Of a stretch of 32,000 nucleotides of DNA, positions 15,625 to 24,252 are shown in pieces; position 1 is the stretch's first letter, and each line of letters begins with the position of its first letter. The stretch covers positions 210,001 to 242,000 of the forward strand of contig OY969114.1 of NCBI GenBank assembly GCA_963698035.1, read 5' to 3'. Source of the stretch: Candidatus Saccharimonadota bacterium (GTDB taxonomy: Archaea > Micrarchaeota > Micrarchaeia > Micrarchaeales > Micrarchaeaceae). Position numbers and translations under genes: made by a program. The notes beneath the pieces were generated by a model. It worked only from the letters and a program-made list of their open reading frames with translations, made no database searches and was not told the origin of the DNA.

Positions 15625-17901
15625 ATGGAGGAGCATGAAGAGCGTGAGTTGCGGGAGAAGCTGGAGAGGCTGAAGCAGCAGGAGACCGAAAAGACCCCCC
15701 ATCCAGAGCACGCCGATAGGAAGAGGACCTTCCTTAACAACAGATATACCTTCCTCGCGATAATCTTCGCCATCCTTGTGATAAACGTTGTGTTTAGGGT
15801 AGGCCTGATCAAATATACGGGCTTCTTCGAGCCCGATGGCTTCTTCCATTATGTTGTGATAATGCAGGCTGTAACCCTAAACCATGGGATCGTGCCCATG
15901 AACCAGATCCTGTCGGGCTTCCCGACCCACAATGCGATAACCGAACCGGGAGGTCTCTATTATGTTACAATCTTGCCTTACGCGATCCTCCAGTATTTCG
16001 GGATCAGCTATTATACCATAATGAGGTACATACCGCTTCTCTTCGGCATACTTGACGCGATAGGTGCCTACTTCCTGGCAAAGTACCTTACGCACAGCAG
16101 GGTTGCAGGCCTTCTCGCCATGCTCTTCATAAGCATCTCTAGCGGTGACATAGCTAGGACTGCAGCGCTTGTCTACAGGGGCGACACCTTCGTCACAATC
16201 TTCATACTTATTGCATTCATTATGTTCGTCAAAACGGTGATGGGCAGCGGAAGGCGCTCGTGGATCTACGCGGCCCTGGCAGGGGTCTCCCTTGCAGTGG
16301 CGGAGGCTGTCTGGGGTGGGGCCCCGTTTGGCCTTGTGGCCTTCCTGGCAGCGATAGTCCTATTGACAGTATACGCCTTCATAAAGGCGAACGAGAAGCT
16401 GCTCAAGTCGGCTGTAATACTATCGCTGGGTGTCCTGCTATTCTATGGGATACAGTGGCTCTTCATACTTACAACGATACTCAGGAACGTGCCTACCTTG
16501 GGCAGCATCCACTTCTTCATCTTCTATCTACCGGTGCTGCTCGGATCACTTGCGGCGCTATATCTCGCAAAGAGGAGGCAGCGCTTTGAGGCGATTGCAG
16601 GCACCTGGCAGAGAAGGGCGATTGTGGCGATTGCGCTCCTGGCGCTCGCTATTATAATTATAGTGGTCGCCTTCCCTGGATACATAGGCCAGCTTATAAA
16701 CAGCGGCGGCTCTGGTGGTAGCTCCCTTGGCGTCACCATAGAGGAACTACAGCCACCCACCCTCTCGTTCATCTGGCAGAGCTTCAGTTGGCAGATTGTG
16801 CTCGCACCCCTTGGCGTTGTGCTCTTCCTGCTTCTTGGGAGGAGGATTGTGGACAAGGAGCACTCGATGATGGCGAACATCGCCTTCATAGCGGTGATAG
16901 CCTACTTCATGGTGACACTCTGGCTGCAGCTCAGTGCAATAAGATACAACTCCCTTGTCTCTGCTCCAATAGCGATACTCGCCGCATACTCTGTGTATGC
17001 GATACCAAAGAGCCTTTGGGGCATCAGGTGGCGCTGGCTCATCCTCATACCGATAGCGATATTCGCAATCCTGATAATACTAAACACCATTCAGACGACG
17101 GCCTCCTCGTTCAGCAGCGGGCAGGCAGATGGAATAACCCCGCAGTTCCTGCAAGCGATGGTATGGCTGCGAAACAATACTCCCACAAACGCGACCGTGC
17201 TGGCGCTCTGGCCTGACGGCTCCGTCGTGGAGGGCTGGGCGAACAGGACCAGCCTTATGGACAGCGTCGGAGGGCAAACGCCACAGAAGATATACAACTT
17301 CTCGCAGTGGCTCTTCTCTACGGAGTCGAATGCAACCTACCTTTACGTGGCGGGCAAGCCGCAGTACTTCGTGGTCAGGGGCTACTGGATTTACGAGATA
17401 GGAGGTGTCGCCACGGAGGGCGATATATCAAACTCTACGGCGTACGGCTACGACATGATGAGCTCGCTGAACATACAGAGATCGCAGAATGCTACCGCAT
17501 ACCTGTTCAACTCCAGCGCATACCCGTACTACAGCGCAGAGCTGATAAGCACGCAGTCCCACAACCTGACTGTAGAGGTGCAGGCCTACATTGGCAGCGT
17601 ACTCTCGACAGGGAGGTTCGCGATAAAGAACGTCATCTTCATAAACCAGAGCGGAGGGCCGTATTCGGAGGCGACATCCACCATCGCAAATACCGCCAAC
17701 TACAGCCTGGTGGTCTACTTCAACGGCAGCAGCATAACCGGTGGCGCGATAATCGGGCCGAAGATGCCTATGAGCAACTTCTTCAAGTTCGTGGTGCTCT
17801 GCGACTATTCGGAATGCCCATATGGCGCCAGCAACGTTACAATGCATGTTATCTACCAGAACAGCGACACCAAGATAATAAAGATAAATTACAGCACCTA
17901 G
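15625..17901 (+). CDS. aglB: STT3/AglB-like dolichyl-phosphooligosaccharide-protein glycosyltransferase (oligosaccharyltransferase) with a divergent catalytic motif
   Basis: About 758 aa with ~13 TM helices plus a C-terminal globular domain. The first external loop reads FFEPDGFFHY (acidic D-x-D-type motif). After the last TM comes LWPDGSVVEGWANRTSLMD, where STT3 proteins carry WWDYG...(T)L(V)D. An in-frame TTG lies at 15622. Confidence 0.65.
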   Translation: MEEHEERELREKLERLKQQETEKTPHPEHADRKRTFLNNRYTFLAIIFAILVINVVFRVGLIKYTGFFEPDGFFHYVVIMQAVTLNHGIVPMNQILSGFPTHNAITEPGGLYYVTILPYAILQYFGISYYTIMRYIPLLFGILDAIGAYFLAKYLTHSRVAGLLAMLFISISSGDIARTAALVYRGDTFVTIFILIAFIMFVKTVMGSGRRSWIYAALAGVSLAVAEAVWGGAPFGLVAFLAAIVLLTVYAFIKANEKLLKSAVILSLGVLLFYGIQWLFILTTILRNVPTLGSIHFFIFYLPVLLGSLAALYLAKRRQRFEAIAGTWQRRAIVAIALLALAIIIIVVAFPGYIGQLINSGGSGGSSLGVTIEELQPPTLSFIWQSFSWQIVLAPLGVVLFLLLGRRIVDKEHSMMANIAFIAVIAYFMVTLWLQLSAIRYNSLVSAPIAILAAYSVYAIPKSLWGIRWRWLILIPIAIFAILIILNTIQTTASSFSSGQADGITPQFLQAMVWLRNNTPTNATVLALWPDGSVVEGWANRTSLMDSVGGQTPQKIYNFSQWLFSTESNATYLYVAGKPQYFVVRGYWIYEIGGVATEGDISNSTAYGYDMMSSLNIQRSQNATAYLFNSSAYPYYSAELISTQSHNLTVEVQAYIGSVLSTGRFAIKNVIFINQSGGPYSEATSTIANTANYSLVVYFNGSSITGGAIIGPKMPMSNFFKFVVLCDYSECPYGASNVTMHVIYQNSDTKIIKINYST

Positions 17902-17929
17902 CGCGTTAGGAGGCCGGCTACTGCAATAA

Positions 17930-17937
17930 TTTTATAA
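17930..17937 (+). promoter_or_regulatory. TATA box candidate for the ABC transporter operon
   Basis: ttttataa lies 21-28 nt upstream of ATG 17958, consistent with a leaderless or near-leaderless transcript. Confidence 0.4.
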
Positions 17938-17957
17938 TATGGCATTCATTCCTTATC

Positions 17958-19520
17958 ATGCAGACCCTGCTTGCCCTGGTCGCGCTCCTTATTGTGGACG
18001 CGTCGTTCTCCTGGGCAAGAATGCTCATCGCACTCTTCATCTCGATAGTTCTGAGCATCGCAATAGGAATCTTGGCTGCTAGGTCGAAGACCGCCGGCAG
18101 GATAATTATACCAGTCCTTGACGTCCTGCAGACCCTGCCCATACTCGCATTCTTCCCCTTCGTAATCTATATAGTGGTCGCAGCGCTGCCGAATTACATA
18201 GGCATAAACGCCTCGGTCATACTCCTCATAACCACGAGCATGATATGGAACATTGCGTTCGCGGTTTATGAGTCGGTGAGCACGCTACCACCTGAAACGA
18301 TAGAGGTCACCGCGGTCTATCGAATGAGCAGGATAGACAGGATAAGGAAGATATACATACCGGCGAGCATGCCCAGGGTGGCTGAACAGTCCGTCCTGTC
18401 GTGGGCGATAGGCCTCTTCTACCTTGTGACGAGCGAGATATTCTCGACAGGAAACGCTGCCTACTCCGTCAAGTATGGTATAGGAGTAGAGATAACGAAG
18501 CTTGCGTTCTCGGGCAACGCGCTCTACTATGTAATTGGCATCGGCGTCTTCGTAGCCTTCGTGGTGGCGACGAGGTTCCTGCTCTTCAAGCCCTTCGAGA
18601 GGTACACCTCGAGGTTCATGGAGCCGCAGCAGAGGAGGGCGCAGCTTAGGGCAGCCTGGCGCGCGAGGGCTTTCTCCGGGCTGGCTTCTATACACATGCC
18701 AAAGATGCGCATACCCTCACTGAGGAAGAAGCATGGCGCAGTGCAGAAACCGGCCGCAAGGGCGAGAAGGAGCTCACTGCCCTACTACATTGTAGGGATA
18801 CTCATTGCGGCTGCGATACTCGCATATCTCTTCTTGAGCTACAGCTATCTCATAGGGTACGAGGCTGCTGCCGTCGTAGCTCTACTGACATCGTTCATCA
18901 GGGTCTGGGTCGCGTTTGCGGCTGTTTGTGTGGTCGCGATCCCATTGTCCGTCTACCTCGTCTTCATGTCGAAGAAGAGCAGCAGCTACGTCACGCTCTT
19001 CCAGATATTCGCCTCCATCCCTGCGACCCTTCTCCTGCCTGCTATCGCCGTAGACTTTTCCGGGATCCCCTTCCATGGAGAGATAACAGCCTTTTTGATA
19101 TTTTTCATAAGCGGCATCTGGTACATGATATTTGGGATGCTGGCTAGCGCGAGGACCCTCAATCCCGAGATTCTTGAGGTAAAGAAGAGCTTCGGCTTGA
19201 AGGGCATACGGGCGTGGAGGAAGGTCTACATAGACGCCCTCATGCCCGGCATGGTAACCGGCGGTATAACCGCGATAGCCGGTATGTGGAACGCAAGCAT
19301 CGTTGCCGAGTATTTCACCACATCCGGCATCTCCGGGACAAACGTCATTAGCTCGGTCAACATAGGGATAGGGAAGCTGCTCGACCTCTCGCTTGCATCC
19401 GGCAATCTCATGCTTGTCGTGACAGCATTAATAAACCTAACAGCGATGATAATCATAATCGACACCCTTGTCTGGAAGAGGCTTTACAGGAGGGTGGCGA
19501 ACCTCTGGGGATCGAGTTGA
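17958..19520 (+). CDS. ABC transporter permease with duplicated transmembrane domains (NitT/TauT-type anion-transport family)
   Basis: 520 aa comprising two ~6-TM permease halves joined by a basic linker (RRAQLRAAWRARA...KKHGAVQKPAARARR). It is followed by an overlapping ATPase gene. Confidence 0.8.
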   Translation: MQTLLALVALLIVDASFSWARMLIALFISIVLSIAIGILAARSKTAGRIIIPVLDVLQTLPILAFFPFVIYIVVAALPNYIGINASVILLITTSMIWNIAFAVYESVSTLPPETIEVTAVYRMSRIDRIRKIYIPASMPRVAEQSVLSWAIGLFYLVTSEIFSTGNAAYSVKYGIGVEITKLAFSGNALYYVIGIGVFVAFVVATRFLLFKPFERYTSRFMEPQQRRAQLRAAWRARAFSGLASIHMPKMRIPSLRKKHGAVQKPAARARRSSLPYYIVGILIAAAILAYLFLSYSYLIGYEAAAVVALLTSFIRVWVAFAAVCVVAIPLSVYLVFMSKKSSSYVTLFQIFASIPATLLLPAIAVDFSGIPFHGEITAFLIFFISGIWYMIFGMLASARTLNPEILEVKKSFGLKGIRAWRKVYIDALMPGMVTGGITAIAGMWNASIVAEYFTTSGISGTNVISSVNIGIGKLLDLSLASGNLMLVVTALINLTAMIIIIDTLVWKRLYRRVANLWGSS

Positions 19521-20257
19521 GCGTAATAGAAGCGAGGGGCATATCGTTCTCATACGGCGACGCGAAGATAATAGAGGATATATCATTCTCGGCCGAGAAG
19601 GACGAGTTCGTCTCGATAATAGGGCAGTCTGGATGCGGCAAGAGCACCCTCCTCAGGATACTCGCCGGGCTTGTGAAGCCAAATGGCGGGGAGGTGCTCT
19701 TCATGGGCAGGAGGGTTGAGGACCCGACACGCGGGATATCATTCGTATTCCAGGACTTTGCGCTGCTCCCGTGGCTGACAAACATGGAGAATATAAAGGT
19801 CGGGCTCTCGATGACCGAGATGACCGACGGGCAAAAGGAGAGGAGAGCCGGCGAGCTTCTTAAGCTGTTCGGCCTTGAGGACTTTGGGGACTCCTACCCC
19901 AACGTGCTGAGCGGCGGGATGAAACAGAGGATTGGAATCGCAAGGGCGATTGCATCGAACCCGAAAGTGCTGCTTATGGACGAGCCATTCAGCTCCCTGG
20001 ACGCGCTGACAGCAGACACCCTGAGGAGCGATGTCGTCCGCATGTTGAGCAGCAGGAAGTCGCCCGTAGACTCTGTGGTGATGGTGACGCACAACGTCGA
20101 GGAGGCCGTTGAGGTCTCCGACAGGGTGGTGGTGCTCTCGAACAAGCCGTCATCTGTAAGGGAGATAGTTGATATAAAATTGGGAAAACCGAGGAAGAGG
20201 GAGAGCGGGGAGTTCATGAAGGAGGTGGATCTTATCTACTCCTACCTGAAAGAGTAA
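19517..20257 (+). CDS. ABC transporter ATP-binding protein (NitT/TauT family)
   Basis: Walker A GQSGCGKST, signature LSGGMKQR, Walker B LLMDEPFSSLD. The TTG start overlaps the permease stop (TTGA). The next Met lies beyond Walker A, so there is no usable ATG. Confidence 0.9.
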   Translation: MSVIEARGISFSYGDAKIIEDISFSAEKDEFVSIIGQSGCGKSTLLRILAGLVKPNGGEVLFMGRRVEDPTRGISFVFQDFALLPWLTNMENIKVGLSMTEMTDGQKERRAGELLKLFGLEDFGDSYPNVLSGGMKQRIGIARAIASNPKVLLMDEPFSSLDALTADTLRSDVVRMLSSRKSPVDSVVMVTHNVEEAVEVSDRVVVLSNKPSSVREIVDIKLGKPRKRESGEFMKEVDLIYSYLKE

Positions 20258-20261
20258 ACTA

Positions 20262-20280
20262 CCACGGCTAAAGCCCGTGG
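20262..20280. terminator. Hairpin between convergent genes
   Basis: CCACGG-ctaaagc-CCGTGG lies immediately after the ABC ATPase stop and overlaps the GT2 stop codon. No clear T-tract. Confidence 0.3.
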
Positions 20281-21011
20281 GCTTTCCATCTGGATTGCTG
20301 CAGTTTGTGATAAAACATTAATTCCTTTGAGTACCTTGTTATTACATGGTTTGAAAGTAATGTAACTTTTGAAACGCCATGGCGCCGTTCATCGAAAAAA
20401 AACGGGATTTCGGCCACCTTAATGTCTTTGTTTGCTGCCATTACATAAAGAAGTAGCTTATAAAAACCGGGCTTTTGCTGTAGATTTTTTAAAAGGCCCT
20501 TTTTGACAATGAAATAACCGGATAGCGGGTCGGTGATTTTTCTTGATTGTTTGACCATCACGTATGCAAGAAATTCTGCAGTCCTGCTCATTATTGCCCT
20601 TCCGAATGTCCTTTTAACTTGGCCGCTTACGATACCCCTTGAAGCTACAACAATGTCAAAGCCCCCGGCAAACTTTTTTATAAGACTTGGTATTGTTTTG
20701 GTCGTATGCTGAAGGTCCGCGTCCATAACAATGACGCTCTCGCCATTTGCGCTTGCCACAGCTTGCAGCGTGGCGGCCGCGGTCCCCGGTTTTATCTTCT
20801 GATTTATAAGCTTTATTTTGTACTTGTTACTTTTATTGGATAGTTCCTTTATCACTGAGATTGTTGAGTCGGTGCTTCCGCCATCCACAAATATAATTTC
20901 TTTTAGGCCGCTGAGTTTACCCGCATTTACAAGACCGTTTATCTGTTTTATTAGGATCCTGATGTTTTTATCTTCGTTAATTACAGGTAAAATTATAGAA
21001 ACTGATTTCAT
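20268..21011 (-). CDS. Family 2 glycosyltransferase (Dol-P-sugar synthase-like), low-GC
   Basis: 247 aa with VSIILPVINEDKNI, IIFVDGGSTDST and VMDADLQH. Composition is markedly more A/T-rich than the flanking genes, and Lys is mostly encoded by AAA. Confidence 0.8.
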   Translation of the reverse strand: MKSVSIILPVINEDKNIRILIKQINGLVNAGKLSGLKEIIFVDGGSTDSTISVIKELSNKSNKYKIKLINQKIKPGTAAATLQAVASANGESVIVMDADLQHTTKTIPSLIKKFAGGFDIVVASRGIVSGQVKRTFGRAIMSRTAEFLAYVMVKQSRKITDPLSGYFIVKKGLLKNLQQKPGFYKLLLYVMAANKDIKVAEIPFFFDERRHGVSKVTLLSNHVITRYSKELMFYHKLQQSRWKAHGL

Positions 21012-21090
21012 TCATACCACTACAAATTATACTTGTATCAAATACTCATGTTTCATTCTGCTGTGGCACATAATAGATGCTTGCAGGCTG

Positions 21091-22152
21091 TCAGAGCAAG
21101 GTAGTTATCCTTCCAGTGAGTATCTGGTAAGCCTCGCAGGAGGTCCACTCGCTCGGCTCCTTTCCTTCTTTTATCATCTTCCTTACATCTTGGGCCGCAT
21201 CGCTGCGCCAGATGCTGCCCAGGTCGTAGTCGGTCTCCCTTATGTTTCCGACTTTCTTGTTCCACATTATAGATGGATAGACGTTGCCCCAGCTGTCAAG
21301 GAATAACGATGCCTCTAGGCTCCTGCTCTTCATCGGGCTCCTCTTTGTCCTTGCGAACTCAACAAGCCTCTTAAGGAATGCATTCTCTATTATTATCATC
21401 GGGTCCATGCTTGTGCCCCTGCTCGACAGGAAGCCCCCTATCTCTTTCGCGGCGACCTCACCATCAGGCCTTATGTCCATCGCCTCATTCTTGTAGAAGT
21501 TCTCTGACGTCTGCGCGAGATTGATGTGGAAGTCGTTGTACGTTATGTCTGGGAACCTCTGCTTCACGGAATTGAAGGTCTGGTCAAACTGCCCTTGGTT
21601 GAACTTGCTCAGCGTGTACCCGAATATGGCATCGATATCCTTGTACTCTCCTTTCAGCCTCCTGATCAGCGCGAATACCTCCATGGCCCTATCATAGTTG
21701 CCAGGAACCCCTCTTATCTTGTCGTGCAGTTCCTTGTAGCCGTCAAGGCTGACGGTTATTACTATCCTGGGTATGCCCAGCGAGAGTATCTGCCTGAGCT
21801 TCGTTTCGACCGTAGCAATGCTGCACAAAGAATTTGTGGGCATAGTAAGTAGATACAGGTCCTTGCAGTTTTCCTTGAATACTTTTGCTATCTCTGCAAT
21901 ATCGCTCCTGAGGAATGGTTCTCCGCCAGTAAGCTCGATCCATTTGAAGTAGTTGTTCTTCTCAACGAACTTCCTTATCTCTTCTATCGTAAGCTCGTCC
22001 TTGGGCCTTATTTCCCATATTCCGCACGTAATACAACGGCTTTGGCACCAGTACGTTACCGCAAAGTTGAGCTTGTACGGTCTGCTAAGGCGCGTAAAAT
22101 TCGACTTCAGGGCAGTAAGTGCAAGACCTGCCAGCTTGGTTGCTCCTGACAT
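21091..22152 (-). CDS. Radical SAM domain protein (MoaA/NifB/PqqE-like superfamily, function unknown)
   Basis: 353 aa. CxxxCxxC cluster motif in YWCQSRCITCGIWE, followed by the GGEPFLR glycine-rich SAM motif. Confidence 0.8.
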   Translation of the reverse strand: MSGATKLAGLALTALKSNFTRLSRPYKLNFAVTYWCQSRCITCGIWEIRPKDELTIEEIRKFVEKNNYFKWIELTGGEPFLRSDIAEIAKVFKENCKDLYLLTMPTNSLCSIATVETKLRQILSLGIPRIVITVSLDGYKELHDKIRGVPGNYDRAMEVFALIRRLKGEYKDIDAIFGYTLSKFNQGQFDQTFNSVKQRFPDITYNDFHINLAQTSENFYKNEAMDIRPDGEVAAKEIGGFLSSRGTSMDPMIIIENAFLKRLVEFARTKRSPMKSRSLEASLFLDSWGNVYPSIMWNKKVGNIRETDYDLGSIWRSDAAQDVRKMIKEGKEPSEWTSCEAYQILTGRITTLL

Positions 22153-22175
22153 GTTAGTAAATACCTCATTGCAAT

Positions 22176-22183
22176 ATTTAAAG
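22176..22183 (-). promoter_or_regulatory. TATA box candidate for the radical SAM gene
   Basis: The minus strand reads TTTAAATA, 24-31 nt upstream of ATG 22152. Confidence 0.4.
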
Positions 22184-22201
22184 TTAATCAGGGCAGGTGC
22201 A

Positions 22202-24214
22202 TTAGAGTAGCGCGAAAGTGACGAAGATCGGGGCGAGCAGTATCGATATGGTGCTCACGACCTTTATCATCGAGTTGAGCGACGGCCCCGCCGTATCCTT
22301 CAGCGGATCCCCGAGGATGTCTCCCACGATCGCCGCCTTGTGTGCGTCGCTTCCCTTGCCGCCGAAGTGCCCCGATTCTATGTATTTCTTTGCGTTGTCC
22401 ATCGCACCTCCTGCATTTGCCATGAAGAGCGCAAGCACGAAGCTTGTGGGTATCATCCCTACAAGAAGGCCTCCCAGCGCGGCCTTGCCGAGCACAAGCC
22501 CGACAGTTATGGGCACCAGTATCGCTATGAGCTCGGGGAGCACCAGCGCCTTGAGCGCGTTGACCGTCGCAATGTCGACAGCCCTTGCATAGTCCGGCTT
22601 TGCCTTGCCTTGCATGAGCCCCTTTATCGTCTTGACCTGCCTCCTTACCTCTTCAACCATCAGGTTGGCGGCGTGACCCACGGCCTCCATCAGGAAGGAT
22701 GAGAAGATGAATGGGAGCAGCGCGCCTATGAATATGCCCACAACTACAAGCGGGTCGAGGACATTCAGTGTGGTGAGCCCTACCGCGCTTGCGAAAGCGA
22801 CGAACAAGGCAACGGCAGAAAGCGCAGCTCCGCCTATCGCGTAGCCCTTTGTCGTGGCTTTGGTCGTATTCCCTATCGCGTCAAGATGGTCCGTGACCTT
22901 CCTGACCGAAGCGGGCATGCCACTCATCTCTGCTATGCCACCCGCATTGTCGGTTATCGGGCCGAATGAGTCTATTGTGAGTATGGTTGCTGTGAGCGAG
23001 AGCATTCCAACTGCGGCTATTCCTATGCCATAAACACTCGCACTCCAGTAGCTCACGAGTATTGCTATAATTATCACAAAGACAGGGAGCCACGTGCTCC
23101 TCAGCCCGACTGCGAGCCCCATTATTACATCTATGCCTGCACCCCCTTTCGCGGCTGTTGCAATCTTGATGACCTGCTTACTCTTGTTGCCGGTGAAGTA
23201 ATCGGTAATCCAGAATATCAGTATCGCGATTACAAGGCCCGAGAGCACGGCCACGAAATCAAGTGTCGGCATGTGCATCAGCACCGTGAGCGCAAAATCA
23301 AGAACAGCAGATATTATTACTGCAGATATTATCCCCATGTAGAGCGCCTTTACCGCGTTGTGACCGCGCGCCCTCATGAAGAACATGCTGGCGAGGCTTC
23401 CGATTATCCCTACTGCAGCGATCATGAGTGGATAGGAGAAAAGATGGAAAGCCGCGCCGCTTATGCTTGCTGCGATGAGCAGCGCCGCAACAAGTGTGAC
23501 AGCGTAGCTTTCGAAAACGTCGGCAGCCATTCCCGCACAATCGCCCACATTGTCCCCAACGTTGTCGGCTATCACGGCGGGATTCCTCGGGTCGTCCTCG
23601 GGCAATCCCAACTCGGTCTTGCCAACCAGGTCTGCACCAACGTCCGCAGCCTTTGTGTATATTCCACCACCGACCCTGGCGAAAAGCGAGATGAGCGATG
23701 CACCAAAGCCGAATCCTATCAAGATTGCGACATTCGATATTGTGAGATACATGAGAAGCAGGCTTATTGCAATAAGGCCAAGCCCGACCGCAACGAATCC
23801 GGTGACAGAGCCGCCGAGTATTGCTGTGTCGAATGCGGATTTTGTGCCCTTTTCCGCGCTCTTCGCTGTCCTGACGTTAGCCCTTACCGCTACGTTCATG
23901 CCAATAAAAGCGGTCAGGTAAGAGGCTACCGCGCCTGTAGCGAACGCGATGTCAAGCTGGCTGCCATTCTTGAGGAAGAAGAATACTATTGCTAGTATGA
24001 TTCCGAATACGACTATTGTCTTTAGCTGCCTGTTGAGGTATGCCCTTGAGCCGTCCCTTATCGCCCTAGAGATCTCCTTCATCTTTTCTGTTCCTTCGGG
24101 CTTCTTGAGCGTACAGACTGCCGCGAAGAGCGAGAAGAGGAGCGCGATTATTCCCACCCCTAGCGTGTAAACATAGAAGCTCAACACTTCACCCCAAGAG
24201 ATAGAGCATTTCAA
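22202..24214 (-). CDS. hppA: Membrane-bound proton/sodium-translocating inorganic pyrophosphatase
   Basis: Signature motifs GGIYTKAADVGADLVGK and DNVGDNVGDCAGMAAD, with ~16 TM helices. The start is uncertain: the track start at 24214 is TTG only 7-14 nt from a TATA-like box (24221-24228). GTG 24187 or TTG 24184 would fit a leaderless mRNA better. Confidence 0.9.
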   Translation of the reverse strand: MKCSISWGEVLSFYVYTLGVGIIALLFSLFAAVCTLKKPEGTEKMKEISRAIRDGSRAYLNRQLKTIVVFGIILAIVFFFLKNGSQLDIAFATGAVASYLTAFIGMNVAVRANVRTAKSAEKGTKSAFDTAILGGSVTGFVAVGLGLIAISLLLMYLTISNVAILIGFGFGASLISLFARVGGGIYTKAADVGADLVGKTELGLPEDDPRNPAVIADNVGDNVGDCAGMAADVFESYAVTLVAALLIAASISGAAFHLFSYPLMIAAVGIIGSLASMFFMRARGHNAVKALYMGIISAVIISAVLDFALTVLMHMPTLDFVAVLSGLVIAILIFWITDYFTGNKSKQVIKIATAAKGGAGIDVIMGLAVGLRSTWLPVFVIIIAILVSYWSASVYGIGIAAVGMLSLTATILTIDSFGPITDNAGGIAEMSGMPASVRKVTDHLDAIGNTTKATTKGYAIGGAALSAVALFVAFASAVGLTTLNVLDPLVVVGIFIGALLPFIFSSFLMEAVGHAANLMVEEVRRQVKTIKGLMQGKAKPDYARAVDIATVNALKALVLPELIAILVPITVGLVLGKAALGGLLVGMIPTSFVLALFMANAGGAMDNAKKYIESGHFGGKGSDAHKAAIVGDILGDPLKDTAGPSLNSMIKVVSTISILLAPIFVTFALL

Positions 24215-24252
24215 TTAAAGATTTAAAAAGGTTTTGTGCTTGGGCATCGTGC

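Noticed and set aside
20258-21095. Direct repeats (att-like sites) flanking the low-GC GT2 island
   Set aside because: Only a 6-mer (taccac) is shared between the two boundaries, which is expected by chance. No integrase or tRNA target is adjacent.
21091-22152. Radical SAM protein as a viperin-like antiviral enzyme
   Set aside because: The cluster context (YWCQSRCITC) and overall sequence do not resemble the viperin N-terminal pattern as I recall it. No kinase or nucleotide-modifying partner is present, and the neighbours are glycan and lipid genes.
23273-23995. 240-aa ORF antisense to hppA
   Set aside because: It is embedded in the pyrophosphatase gene and has no recognisable features. It is an antisense-frame artefact.
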